Shown here: one piece after another, positions 45,062-60,000 of the stretch
Layout: the number at the start of each line of letters is the position of its first letter
Position numbering within the stretch: position 1 is the first letter of the stretch
Assembly: GCA_030390025.1 (NCBI GenBank)
Contig: JASTWF010000033.1
Coordinates: 932,001-996,000 of the forward strand
DNA: 64,000 nt
Reading direction: 5' to 3'
Source of the DNA: Squalus acanthias
Taxonomy: Eukaryota
Notes under the pieces: model-generated
What the model saw: only the letters and a program-made list of their open reading frames with translations
Told to the model about the DNA's origin: nothing
Database searches by the model: none
Program-made: the position numbers and the translations under genes

Positions 45062-48000
45062 AATTAAATAAATCTGTTGTACTATAACCTGTTGTTGTGC
45101 GACCGCTCATTTTTGTCCACCCCAGTCCAACGCCGGCATCTCCACATCATGTGTAATTAGAGATAGAGGACAAGGTAATTTAGGGGAACACAGTAACTGT
45201 GTAATTAGAGATAGAGGACAAGGTCATTGAGGAGAACACTGTAACTGTGTAATTAGAGATAGAGGACAGGGTAATTGAGGGGAACACAGTAACTGTAATT
45301 AGAGATAGATGACAGGGTCATTGATGGGAACACAGTAACTGTGTAATTAGAGATAGAGGAAAGGATAATTTAGGGGAACGCAGTAACTGTGTAATTAGAG
45401 ATAGAGGACAGGGTAATTTAGGGGAATACAGTAACTGTGTAATTAGAGATAGAGGACAGGGTAAATTAGGGGAACACAATAACTGTGTAATTAGAGATAG
45501 AGGACAGGATAATTTAGGGGAACACAGTAACTGTTTAATTAGAGATAGAGGACAGGGTAATTTAGGGGAACACAGTAACTTTGTAATTAGAGATAGAGGA
45601 CAGGGTAATTTAGGGGAACACAGTAACTGTAATTAGAGATAGAAGAAAGGGTAATTTAGGGTAACACAGTAACTGTGTAATCAGAGATAGAGGACAGGGC
45701 AATTTAGGGGAACACAGTAACTGTAATTAGAGATAGAGGACAGTGTAATTTAGGGGAACACAGTAACATTGTAATTAGAGATAGAGGACAGGGTAATTTA
45801 GGGGAACACAGGTACTGTAATTAGAGATAGACAGCAGGGTAATTTAGGGGAACACAGTAACTGTGTAATTAGAGATAGAGGACAGGGAAATTTAGGGGAA
45901 CACAGTAACTTTGTAATTAGAGACAGAGGACAGGGTAATTTAGGGGAACACAGTAACTGTAATTAGAGATAGAGGACAGGGTAATTTAGGGGAACACAGT
46001 AACTGTAATTAGAGATAGAGGACAGGGTAATTCAGGGGAACACAGTAACTGAAATTAGTGATAGAGGACAGGGTAATTTAGGGGAACACAGTAACTGTGT
46101 AATTAGAGAGAGAGGACAGGGTAATTTCGGGTAACACAGTAACATTGTAATTAGAGATAGAGGACAGGGTAATTTAGGGGAACACAGTAACTTTGTAATT
46201 AGAGATAGAGGACAGGGTAATTGAGGGGAACACAGTAACTGTAATTAGAGATAGATGACAGGGTCATTGATGGGAACACAGTAACTGTGTAATTAGAGAT
46301 AGAGGAAAGGATAATTTAGGGGAACGCAGTAACTGTGTAATTAGAGATAGAGGACAGGGTAATTTAGGGGAATACAGTAACTGTGTAATTAGAGATAGAG
46401 GACAGGGTAAATTAGGGGAACACAATAACTGTGTAATTAGAGATAGAGGACAGGATAATTTAGGGGAACACAGTAACTGTTTAATTAGAGATAGAGGACA
46501 GGGTAATTTAGGGGAACACAGTGACTGTGTAATTAGAGATAGAGAACAGGGTAATTTAGGGGAACACAGTAACTGTGTAATTAGAGATAGAGGACAGGAT
46601 AATTTAGGAGAACACAGTAACTGTGTAATTAGAGATAGAGGACAGGGTAATTTAGGGGAATACAGTAACTGTGTAATTAGAGATAGAGGACAGGGTAATT
46701 TAGGGGAACACAGTAACTGTGTAATTAGAGAGAGATGACAGGGTCATTGATGGGAACACAGTAACTGTGTAATTAGAGATAGAGGACAGGATAATTTAAG
46801 GGAACACAGGTACTGTAATTAGAGATAGACAGCAGGGTAATTTAGGGGAACACAGTAACTGTGTAATTAGAGATAGAGGACAGGGTAATTTAGGGGAACA
46901 CAGTAACTTTGTAATTAGAGATAGGGGACAGGGTAATTTAGGGGAACACAGTAACTTTGTAATTAGAGATAGAGGAGAGGGTAATTTAGGGGAACACAGT
47001 AACTGTAATTAGAGATAGAGGACAGGGTAATTTAGGGGAACACAGTAACTGTAATTAGTGATAGAGGACAGGGTAATTTAGGGGAACACAGTAACTGTGT
47101 AATTAGACAGAGAGGACAGGGTAATTTAGGGTAACACAGTAACATTGTAATTAGAGATAGAGGACAGGGTAATTTAGGGGAACACAGTAACTTTGTAAAT
47201 AGAGATAGAGGACAGGGTAATTGAGGGGAACACAGTAACTGTAATTAGAGATAGATGACAGGGTCATTGATGGGAACACAGTAACTGTGTAATTAGAGAT
47301 AGAGGAAAGGATAATTTAGGGGAACGCAGTAACTGTGTAATTAGAGATAGAGGACAGGGTAATTTAGGGGAATACAGTAACTGTGTAATTAGAGATAGAG
47401 GACAGGGTAAATTAGGGGAACACAATAACTGTGTAATTAGAGATAGAGGACAGGATAATTTAGGGGAACACAGTAACTGTTTAATTAGAGATAGAGGACA
47501 GGGTAATTTAGGGGAACACAGTGACTGTGTAATTAGAGATAGAGGACAGGGTAATTTAGGGGAACACAGTAACTGTGTAATTAGAGATAGAGGACAGGAT
47601 AATTTAGGAGAACACAGTAACTGTGTAATTAGAGATAGAGGACAGGGTAATTTAGGGGAATACAGTAACTGTGTAATTAGAGATATAGGACAGGGTAAAT
47701 TAGGGGAACACAGTAACTGTGTAATTAGACATAGAGTGTAGGTTAATTTAGGGGAACACAGTAACTGTGTAATTAGAGATAGAGGACAGGGTAATTTAGG
47801 GGAACACAGTAACTGTGTAATGAGAGATAGAGGACAGGATAATTTAGGAGAACACAGTAACTGTGTAATTAGAGATAGAGGACAGGGTAATTTAGGGGAA
47901 TACAGTAACTGTGTAATTACAGATATAGGACAGGTTAATTTAGGGGAACTCAGTAACTGCAATTAGAGATAGATGACAAGGTCATTGATGGGAGCACAGT

Positions 48001-51000
48001 AACTGGGTAATTAGATATAGAGGACAGGGCAATTTAGGGGAACACCGTAACTGTAATTAGAGATAGAAGAAAGGGTAATTTAGGTGAATACAGTAACTGT
48101 GTAATTAGAGATAGAGGATAGGGTAATTTAGGGGAACACAGTAACTGTAATTAGAGGTAGAACAAAAGGTAATTTTGGGGAACACAGTAATTGTGTAATT
48201 AGAGATAGAGGACAGGGTAATTTAGGGGTACACAGTAAATGTAATTAGAGATAGAGGATAGGAAATTTAGGAGAACCCAGTTACTGTGTAATTAGAGATA
48301 GAGGACGTGGTACTTTAGGAGAACACAGTAACTGTGTAATTAGAGATAGAGGACAGGGAAATTTAGAGGAACACAGTATCTGTGTAATTAGAGATAGAGG
48401 ACAGGGTAATTTAGGGGAACACAGTAACTGTAATTAGAGATATAGGACAGGGAAATTTAGGGGAACACAGTAACTGTAATTAGAGATAAATGACAAGGTC
48501 ATTGAGGGGAGCACAGTAACTGTGTAATTAGAGATAGAGGACAGGGCAATTTAGGGGAACACAGAAACTGTTTAATTAGAGATAGAGGAGAGGTTAATTT
48601 AGGGGAACACAGTAACTGTAATTAGAGATAGAAGAAAGGGTAATTTAGGGTAACACAGTAGCTTTGTAATTATAGATAGAGGACAGGGTAATTAAGGGAA
48701 CACAGTAACTGTAATTTGAGATAGAGGACAGGGTAATTTAGGGGAACACAGTAACTGTAATTAGAGATAGAGGACAGGGTAATTTAGGGGAACACAGTAA
48801 CTGTAATTAGTGATAGAGGACAGGGTAATTTAGGGGAACACAGTAACTGTGTAATTAGAGATAGAGGACAGGGTAATTTAGGGGAACACAGTAACATTGT
48901 ATTTAGAGATAGAGGACAGGGTAATTTAGGGGAACACGGTAACTTTGTAATTAGAGATAGAGGACAGGGTAATTTAGGGGAACACAGTAACTGTAATTAG
49001 AGATAGATGACAGGGTCATTGAGGGGAACACAGTAACTGTGTAATTAGAGATAGAGGACAGGATAATTTAGGGGAACACAGGTATTGTAATTAGAGATAG
49101 ACAGCAGGGTAATTTAGGGGAACACAGTAACTGTGTAATTAGAGATACAGGACAGGGTAATTTAGGGGGACACAGTAACTTTGTAATTAGATATAGAGGA
49201 CAGGGTAATTTAGGGGAACACAGTAACTGTATTTAGAGATAGAGGACAGGGTAATTCAGGGGAACACAGTTACTGTAATTAGAAGTAGAGGACAGGGTAA
49301 TTTAGGGGAACACAGTAACTGTAATTAGTGATAGAGGACAGGGTAATTTAGCGGAACACAGTAACATTGTAATTAGAGATAGAGGACAGGGTAATTTAGG
49401 GGAACACAGTAACTTTGTAATTAGAGATAGAGGACAGGTTAATTTAGGGGAATACAGTAACTGTGAAATTAGAGATAGAGGACAGGATAATTTAGGGGAA
49501 CACAGGAACTGTGATTAGAGATAGACAGCAGGGTAATTTAGGGGAACACAGTAACTGTGTTATTAGAGATAGAGGACAGTGTAATTTAGCGGAACACAGT
49601 AACTGTGTAATTAGAGATAGAGGACAGGTTAATTTAGGGGAACACAGTAACTGTAATTAGAGATAGATGACAGGGTCATTGAGGGGAACAAAGTAACTGT
49701 GTAATTAGAGATAGAGGACAGGATAATTTAGGGGAACACAGGTACTTGTAATTAGAGATAGACAGCAGGGTAATTTAGGGGAACACAGTAACTGTGTAAT
49801 TAGAGATACAGGACAGGGTAATTTAGGGGGACACAGTAACTTTGTAATTAGAGATAGAGGACAGGATAATTTAGGGGAACACAGGTATTGTAATTAGAGA
49901 TAGACAGCAGGGTAATTTAGGGGAACACAGTAACTGTGTAATTAGAGATACAGGACAGGGTAATTTAGGGGGACACAGTAACTTTGTATTTAGAGATAGA
50001 GGACAGGGTAATTTAGGGGAACACAGTAACTGTATTTAGAGATAGAGGACAGGGTAATTTAGGGGAACACAGTAACTGTAATTAGTGATAGAGGACAGGG
50101 TAATTTAGCGGAACACAGTAACTGTGTAATTAGAGATAGAGGACAGGGTAATTTAGGGGAACACAGTAACTGTGTAATTAGAGATAGAGGACAGGGTAAT
50201 TTAGGGGAACACAGTAACTGTGTAATTAGAGATAGAGGACAGGGAAATTTAGAGGAACACAGTATCTGTGTAATTAGAGATAGAGGACAGGGTAATTGAG
50301 GGGAACACAGTCACTGTAATTAGAGATATAGGACAGGGAAATTTAGGGGAACACAGTAACTGTAATTAGAGATAGATGACAAGGTCATTGAGGGGAGCAC
50401 AGTAACTGTGTAATCAGAGATAGATGACAGGGTAATTTAGGGGAACACAATTAATGTGTAATTCGAGATAGAGGAAAGGGTAATTTAGGGGAACACAGTA
50501 ACTGTGTAATTAGAGATAGAAGACAGGGTAATATCGGGGAACACAGTAACTGTGTAATTAGAGATAGAGGACAGGGTAATTTAGAGGAACACAATAACTG
50601 TGTAATTGGAGATAGAGGACAGGGTAATTTAGGGGAACACAGTAACTGTGTAATTAGAGATAGAGGATAGGTTAATTTAGGGGAACACAGTGACTGTAAT
50701 TAGAGTTAGAGGACAGGGTAATTTAGGGGAACACAGTAGCTGTGTAATTAGAGATAGAGGACAGGGTAATTTAGGGGAACACAGTAACTGTGTAATTAGA
50801 GATAGAGGACAGGGTAATTTAGGGGAAAACAGTAACTGTGTAATTAGACATAGAGGGCAGGATAATTTAGGGGAACACAGTAACTGTGTAATTAGAGATA
50901 GCGGACAGGTTAATTTAGGGGAACACAGTAACTGTATAATTAGGGATAGAGGACAGGGTAATTTAGGGGAATACAGTAACTCTGTAATTAGAGATAGAGG

Positions 51001-54000
51001 AAAGGGTAATTTAGGGGAATACAGTAACTCTGTAATTAGAGATAGAGGACAGGGTAATTTAGGGGAACACAGTAACTGTGTAATTAGAGATAGCGGACAG
51101 GTTAATTTAGGGTAACACAGTAACTGTATAATTAGGGATAGAGGACAGGGTAATTTAGGGGAATACAGTAACTCTGTAATTAGAGATAGAGGACAGGGTA
51201 ATTTAGGGGAATACAGTAACGGTGTAATTAGAGATAGAGGACAGGGTAATTTAGGGGAACACAGTAACTGTGTAATTAGAGATAGAGGACAGGATAATTT
51301 AGGAGAACACAGTAACTGTGTAATTAGAGATAGAGGACAGGGTAATTTAGGGGAATACAGTAACTGTGTAATTAGAGATAGAGGACAGGGTAAATTAGGG
51401 GAACACAGTAACTGTGTAATTAGAGATAGAGGACAGGGTAATTTAGGGGAACACAGTAACTTGTAATTAGAGATAGAGGACAGGGTAATTTAGGGGAACA
51501 CAGTAACTGTGTAATTAGAGATAGAGGACAGGATAATTTAGGAGAACACAGTAACTGTGTAATTAGAGATAGAGGACAGGGTAATTTAGGGGAATACAGT
51601 AACTGTGTAATTACAGATATAGGACAGGGTAATTTAGGGGAACTCAGTAACTGCAATTAGAGATAGATGACAAGGTCATTGAGGGGAGCACAGTAACTGG
51701 GTAATTAGAGATAGAGGACAGGGCAATTTAAGGGAACACAGTAGCTGTAATTAGAGATAGAAGAAAGGGTAATTTAGCAAAACACAGTAACTGTGTAATT
51801 AGAGATAGAGGACAGGTTAATTTAGGGGAACACAGTAACTGTAATTAGAGATAGAACAAAGGGTAATTTTGGGGAACACAGTAATTGTGTAATTAGAGAT
51901 AGAGGACAGGTTAATTTAGGGGCACTCAGTAACTGTGTAATTAGAGATAGAGGACAGGGTAATTTAGGGGAACACAGTAACTGTTTAATTAGAGATAGAG
52001 GAGAGGTTAATTTAGGGGAACAAAGTAACTGTAATCAGAGATAGAAGAAAGGGTAATTTAGGGTAACACAGTAACTGTGTAATTAGAGATAGAGGACTGG
52101 GTAATTTAGGGGAACACAGTAGCTTTGTAATTATAGATAGAGGACAGGGTAATTAAGGGAACACAGTAACTGTAAATAGAGATAGAGGACAGGGTAATTT
52201 AGGGGAACACAGTAACTGTAATTAGAGATAGAGGACAGGGTAATTTAGGGGAACACAGTAACTGTATAATTAGAGATAGAGGACAGTGTAATTTAGGGGA
52301 ACACAGTAACATTGTAATTAGAGATAGAGGACAGGGTAATTTAGGGGAACACAGTAACTTTGTAATTAGAGATAGAGGACAGGGTAATTTAGGGGAACAC
52401 AGGTACTGTAATTAGAGATAGACAGCAGGGTAATTTAGGGGAACACAGTAACTGTGTAATTAGAGATAGAGGACAGTGTAATTTAGGGGAACACAGTAAC
52501 TTTGTAATTAGAGATAGAGGACAGGGTAATTCAGGGGAACACAGTAACTGTAATTAGAGATAGAGAAGGGTAATTTAGGGTAACACAGTAACTGTGTAAT
52601 TAGAGATAGAGGACAGGGTAATTTAGGGGAACACAGTAACTTTGTAATTAGAGATAGAGGACAGGGTAATTTAGGGGAACACAGTAACTGTGTAATTAGA
52701 GATAGAGGACAGGGTAATTTAGGGGAACACAGTAACTTTGTAATTAGAGATAGAGGACAGGATAATTTAGGGGAACACAGGTACTGTAATTAGAGATAGA
52801 CAGCAGGGTAATTTAGGGGAACACAGTAACTGTGTAATTAGAGATACAGGACAGGGTAATTTAGGGGAACACAGTAACTTTGTAATTAGAGATAGAGGAC
52901 AGGGTAATTTAGGGGAACACAGTAACTGTAATTAGAGATAGAAGAAGGGGTAATTTAGGGTAACACAGTAACTGTGTAATTAGAGATAGAGGACAGGGTA
53001 ATTTAGGGGAACACAGTAACTCTAATTAGAGATAGAGGACAGGGTAATTTAGGGGAACACAGTAACTGTAATTAGAGATAGAGGACAGGATAATTTAGGG
53101 GAACACAGTAACTGTAATTAGAGATAGAGGACAGGGTAATTTAGGGGAACACAGTAACTGTGTAATTAGAGATAGAGGACAGTGTAATTTAGGGGAACAC
53201 AGAAACTGTGTAATTAGAGATAGAGGACAGGTTAATTTAGGGGAATACAGTAACTGTGTTATTAGAGATCGAGGACAGGGTAATTTAGGGGAACACAGTA
53301 ACTGTAATTAGAGATAGAGCAAAGGGTAATTTAGGGGAACACAGTAACTGTGTAATTAGAGATAGAGGACAGGGTAATTTAGGGGAACACAGTAACTTGT
53401 AATTAGAGATAGAGGACTGGGTAATTTAGGGGAACACAGTAACTTTGTAATTAGAGATAGAGGACAGGGTAATTTAGGGGAACACAGTAACTGTGTAATT
53501 AGAGATAGAGGACAGGGTAATTTAGGAGAACCCAGTACTGTGTAATTAGAGATAGAGGACAGGGAAATTTAGGGAACACAGTAACTGTGTAATTAGAGAT
53601 AGAGGACAGGGTAATTTAGGGGAACACAGTAACTGTAATTAGAGATATAGGACAGGGAAATTTAGGGGAACACAGTAACTGTAATTAGAGATAGATGACA
53701 AGGTCATTGAGGGGAGCACAGTAACTGTGTAATTAGAGATAGAGGACAGGGTAATTTAGGGGAACACAGTAACTGTGTAATTAGAGATAGAGGACAGGGT
53801 AATTTAGGGGAACACAGTAACTGTGTAATTTGAGATAGTGGACAGGTTAATTTAGGGGAACACAGTAACTGTATAATTAGGGATAGAGGACAGGGTAATT
53901 TAGGGGAATACAGTAACTGTAATTAGAGATAGAGGACAGGGTAATTTAGGGGAATACAGTAACGGTGTAATTAGAGATAGAGGACGGTAATTTAGGGGAA

Positions 54001-57000
54001 CACAGTAACTGTTTAATTAGAGATAGAGGACAGTAAAATTTAGGACAAAACAGTAACTGTGTAATTAGAGATAGGGGACAGGGTAATTTAGGGGAATACA
54101 GTAACTGTGTAATTAGAGATAGAGGACAGGGTAATTTCGGGGAACACAGTAACAGTGTAATTAGAGATAGAGGACAGTATAATTTAGGACAAAACAGTAA
54201 CTGTGTAATTAGAGATAGGGGACAGGGTAATTTAGGGGAATACAGTAATTGTGTAATTAGAGATAGAGGAGAGGTTAATTTAGGGGAACTCAGAAACTGT
54301 AATTAGAGATAGAAGAAAGGGTAATTTAGGGGAACACAGTAACTGTGTAATTAGAGATAGAGGACAGGGTAATTTAGGGGAACACAGTAACTGTGTAATT
54401 AGAGATAGAGGACAGGGTAATTTAGGGGAACACAGTAACTGTAATTAGAGATAGAGGAAAGGGTAATTTAGGGTAACACAGTAACTGTGTAATTAGAGAT
54501 AGAGGACAGGGTAATTTAGGGGAACACCGGTAACTGTGTAATTACAGATTGAGGACAGGGATAATTATGGAATCACAGTAACTGTGTATTAGAGATAGAG
54601 GATAGGGTAATTAGGGGAACACAGTGACTGTGTAATTGAGATAGAGGACAGGGTAATTTAGGGGAACACAGTAACTGTGTAATTAGAGATAGAGGACAGG
54701 GTAATTTAGGGGAATACAGTAACTGTGTAATTACAGACGTAGGACAGGGTAATTTAGGGGAACACAGTAACTGCAATTAGAGATAGATGACAAGGTCATT
54801 GAGGGGAGCACAGTAACTGGGTAATTAGAGATAGAGGACATGGCAATTTAGGGGAACACAGTAACGGTGTAATTAGAGATATAGGACAGGGCAATTTAGG
54901 GGAACACAGTAACTGTAATTAGAGATAGAAGAAAGGGTAATTTAGGTGAACACAGTAACTGTGTAATTAGAGATAGAGGACAGGGTAATTTAGGGGCACA
55001 CAGTAACTTTGTAATTAGAGATGGAGGACTGGGTAATTTAGGGGAACACAGTAACTTTGTAATTAGAGATAGAGGACAGGGTAATTTAGGGGTACACAGT
55101 AAATGTAAGTAGAGATAGAGGATAGGAAAATTTAGGAGAACCCAGTTACTGTGTAATTAGAGATAGAGCACGGGGTAATTTAGGAGAACACAGTAACTGT
55201 GTAATTAGAGATAGATGACACGGTAATTTAGGGGAACACAGTAACTGTGTAATTAGAGATAGAGGGCAGGTTAATTTAGGGGAACACATTAACTGTGTAA
55301 TTAGAGATAGAGGACAGGGTAAATTAGGGGAACACAGTAACTGTGTAATTAGAGATAGAGGACAGGTAATTTAGGGGAACACAGTAACTGTGTAATTAGA
55401 GATAGAGGACAGGGTAATTTAGGGGAACACAGTAACTGTGTAATTAGAGATAGAGGACAGGGTAATTTAGGGGAACACAGTAACTGTGTAATTAGAGATA
55501 GAGGACAGGGTAATTTAGGGGAACACAGTAACTGTGTAATTAGAGATAGAGGACAGGGTAATTTAGGGGAACACAGTAACTGTGTAATTAGAGATAGAGG
55601 ACAGGTAATTTAGGGGAACACAGTAACTGTAATTAGAGATAGAGGACAGGGTAATTTAGGGGAACACAGTAACTGTAATTAGAGATAGATGACAAGGTCA
55701 TTGAGGGAAGCACAGTAACTGTGTAATTAGAGATAGAGGACAGGGCAATTTAGGGGAACACAGTAACTGTGTAATTAGAGATAGAGGACAGGATAATTTA
55801 GAGGAACACAGTATCTGTGTAATTAGTGATAGAGGACAGGGTATTTTAGGGGAACACAGTAACTGTAATTAGAGATAGAGGAAAGGGTAATTTAGGGGAA
55901 CACAGTAACTGTAATTAGAGATAGAGGACAGGGTAATTTAGGGGAACACAGTAACTGTAATTAGAGATAGAGGACAGGGTAATTTAGGGGAACACAGTAA
56001 CTTTGTAATTAGAGATAGAGGACAGGGTAATTTAGGGGAACACTGTAACTGTGTAATTAGAGATAGAGGACAGGATAATTTAGGGGAACACAGAACTGTA
56101 ATTAGAGATAGACAGCAGGGTAATTTAGGGGAACACAGTAACTGTGTAATTAGAGATAGAGGACAGGGTAATTTAGGGGAACACAGTAACTGTGTAATTA
56201 GAGATAGAGGACAGGATAATTTAGGGGAACACAGTAACTTTGTAATTAGAGATAGAGGACAGGGTAATTTAGGGGAACACAGTAACTGTAATTAGAGATA
56301 GAGGACAGGGTAATTTAGGGGAACACAGTAACTGTGTAATTAGAGATAGAGGACAGGGTAATTTAGGGGAACACAGTAACTGTGTAATTAGAGATAGAGG
56401 ACAGGGTAATTTAGGGGAACACAGTAACTGTGTAATTAGAGATAGAGGACAGGGTAAATTAGGGGAACACAGTAACTGTGTAATTAGAGATAGAGGACAG
56501 GGTAATTTAGGGGAACACAGTAACTGTAATTAGAGATAGAGGACAGGGTAATTTAGGGAACACAGTAACTGTAATTAGAGATAGAGGACAGGGAAATTTA
56601 GGGGAACACAGTAACTGTAATTAGAGATAGATGACAGGTCATTTAGGGGAGCACAGTAACTGTGTAATTAGAGATAGAGGGGAGGGTAATTTAGGGGAAC
56701 ACAGTAACTGTGTAATTAGAGATAGAGGACAGGGTAATTTAGGGGAACACAGTAACTTTGTAATTAGAGATGGAGGACTGGGTAATTTAGGGGAACACAG
56801 TAACTTTGTAATTAGAGATAGAGGACAGGGTAATTTAGGGGTACACAGTAAATGTAAGTAGAGATAGAGGATAGGAAAATTTAGGAGAACCCAGTTACTG
56901 TGTAATTAGAGATAGAGCACGGGGTAATTTAGGATAACACAGTAACTGTGTAATTAGAGATAGATGACACGGTAATTTAGGGGAACACAGTAACTGTGTA

Positions 57001-60000
57001 ATTAGAGATAGAGGGCAGGTTAATTTAGGGGAACACATTAACTGTGTAATTAGAGATAGAGGACAGGGTAAATTAGGGGAACACAGTAACTGTGTAATTA
57101 GAGATAGAGGACAAGATAATTTAGGGGAACACAGTAACTGTGTAATTAGAGATAAAGGACAGGGCAATTTAGGGGAATACAGTAACTGTGTAAATAGAGA
57201 TAGAGGAAAGGGTAAATTAGGGGAACACAGTAACTGTGTAATTAGAGATAGAGGACAGGGTAATTTAGGGGAACACAGTAACTGTGTAATTATAGAAAGA
57301 GGACAGGGTAATTTAGGGGAACACAGTAACTGTGTAATTAGAGATAGTGGACAGGATAATTTAGGGGAACACAGTAACTGTAATTAGAGATATAGGACAG
57401 GGTAATTTAGGGGAACACAGTAACTGTAATTAGAGATAGATGACAAGGTCATTGAGGGAAGCACAGTAACTGTGTAATTAGAGATAGAGGACAGGGCAAT
57501 TTAGGGGAACACAGTAACTGTGTAATTCGAGATAGAGGATAGGATAATTTAGAGGAACACAGTATCTGTGTAATTAGTGATAGAGGGCAGGTTATTTTAG
57601 GGGAACACAGTAACTGTAATTAGAGATAGAAGAAAGTGTAATTTAGGGGAACACAGTAACTGTAATTAGAGCTAGAGGACAGGGTAATTTAGGGGAACAC
57701 AGTAACTGTGTAATTAGAGATAGAGGACAGGATAATTTAGGGGAACACAGTAACTGTAATTAGAGATAGACAGCAGGGTAATTTAGGGGAACACAGTAAC
57801 TGTGTAATTAGAGATAGAGGACAGGGTAATTTAGGGGAACACAGTAACTGTGTAATTAGAGATAGAGGACAGGTTAATTTAGGGGAACACAGTAACTGTG
57901 TAATTAGAGATAGAGGACAGGGTAATTTAGGGGAACACAGTAACTGTGTAATTAGAGATAGAGGACAGGGTAATTTAGGGGAACACAGTAACTGTAATTA
58001 GAGATAGAGGACAGGGTAATTTAGGGGAACACAGTAACTGTGTAATTAGAGATAGAGGACAGGGTAATTTAGGGGAACACAGTAACTGTGTAATTAGAGA
58101 TAGAGGACAGGGTAATTTAGGGGAACACAGTAACTGTGTAATTAGAGATAGAGGACAGGGTAATTTAGGGGAACACAGTAACTGTGTAATTAGAGATAGA
58201 GGACAGGTTAATTTAGGGGAACACAGCAACTGTGTAATTAGAGATAGAGGACAGGTTAATTTAGGGGAACACAGCAACTGTGTAATTAGAGAAAGAGGAC
58301 AGGGTAATTTAGGGGAACACAGTAACTTTGTAATTAGAGCTAGAGGACAGGGTAATTTAGGGTAACACGGTAACTGTAATTAGAGATGGAGGACAGGGTA
58401 ATTTAGGGGAACACTGTAACTGTGTAATTAGAGATAGAGGACAGGGTAATTTAGGGGAACACAGTAACTGTGTAATTAGAGATAGAGGACAGGGTAAATT
58501 AGGGGAAAACAGTAACTGTGTAATTAGAGATAGAGGACAGGGTAATTTAGGGGAACACAGTATCTGTAATTAGAGATAGAGGACAGGGTAATTTAATGGA
58601 ACACAGTAAATGTAATTAGAGATATAGGACAGGGAAATTTAGGGGAACACAGTTACTGTAATTAGAGATAGATGACAAGGTCATTGAGGGGAGCACAGTA
58701 ACTGTGTAATTAGAGATAGAGGGGAGGGTAATTTAGGGGAACACAGTAACTGTGTAATTAGAGATAGAGGACAGGGTAATTTAGGGGAACACAGTAACTT
58801 TGTAATTAGAGATAGAGGACAGGGTAATTTAGGGGAACACAGTAACTGTGTAATTAGAGCTAGAGGACAGGGTAATTTAGGGGTACACGGTAACTGTGTA
58901 ATTATAGATAGAGGACAGGGTCATTTAGGGAAACACAATAACTGTGTAATTATAGATAGAGGACAGGGTCATTTAGGGGAACACGGTAACTGTGTAATTA
59001 GAGATAGAGGTCAGGGTAATTTAGGGAAACACAATAACTGTGTAATTATAGATAGAGGACAGGGTCATTTAGGGGAACACGGTAACTGTAATTAGAGATG
59101 GAGGACAGGGTAATTTAGGGGAACACAGTAACTGTGTAATTAGAGATAGAGGGGAGGGTAATTTAGGGGAACACAGTAACTGTGTAATTAGAGATAGAGG
59201 ACAAGGTAATTTAGAGGAACACAGTAACTGTGTAATTAGAGATAGAGGACAGGGCAATTTAGGGGAACACAGTAACTTTGTAATTAGAGATAGAGGACAG
59301 GATAATTTAGAGGAACACAGTAACTGTGTAATTAGAGATAGAGGACTGGGTAATTTAGGGGAACACAGTAACTTTGTAATTAGAGATAGAGGACAGGGTA
59401 ATTTAGGGGAACACAGTAACTGTAATTAGAGATAGAGGACAGGGTAATTTAGGTGAATACAGTAACTGTAATTAGAGATAGAGGACAGGCTAATTTAGGG
59501 GAACACAGTAACTGTAATTAGAGATAGAGGACAGGGTAATTTAGGGGAACACAGTAACTGTGTAATTAGAGATAGAGGATAGGGTAATTTAGGGGAACAC
59601 AGTAACTTTGTAATTAGAGATAGAGGACAGGGTAATTTAGGGTAACACAGTAACTTTGTAATTAGAGATAGAGGACAGGGTAATTTAGGGGAACACAGTA
59701 ACTGTAATTAGAGATAGATGACAGGGTCATTGAGGGGAACACAGTAACTGTGTAATTAGAGATAAAGGACAGGATAATTTAGGGGAATACAAGAACTGTA
59801 ATTAGAGATAGACAGCAGGGTAATTTAGGGGCACACAGTAACTGTGTAATTAGAGATAGAGGACAGTGTAATTTCGGGGAACACAGTAACTGTGTAATTA
59901 GAGATAAAGGACAGGATAATTTAGGGGAATACAAGAACTGTAATTAGAGATAGACAGCAGGGTAATTTAGGGGCACACAGTAACTGTGTAATTAGAGATA

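Larger units (their letters stand above)
44185..45151 (+). mobile_element. 5'-truncated Penelope-like element: inverted terminal repeat, GIY-YIG domain remnant, 3' terminal repeat
   Basis: Arms 44190-44466 and 44827-45103 are reverse complements and flank the endonuclease coding fragment. Confidence 0.93.
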
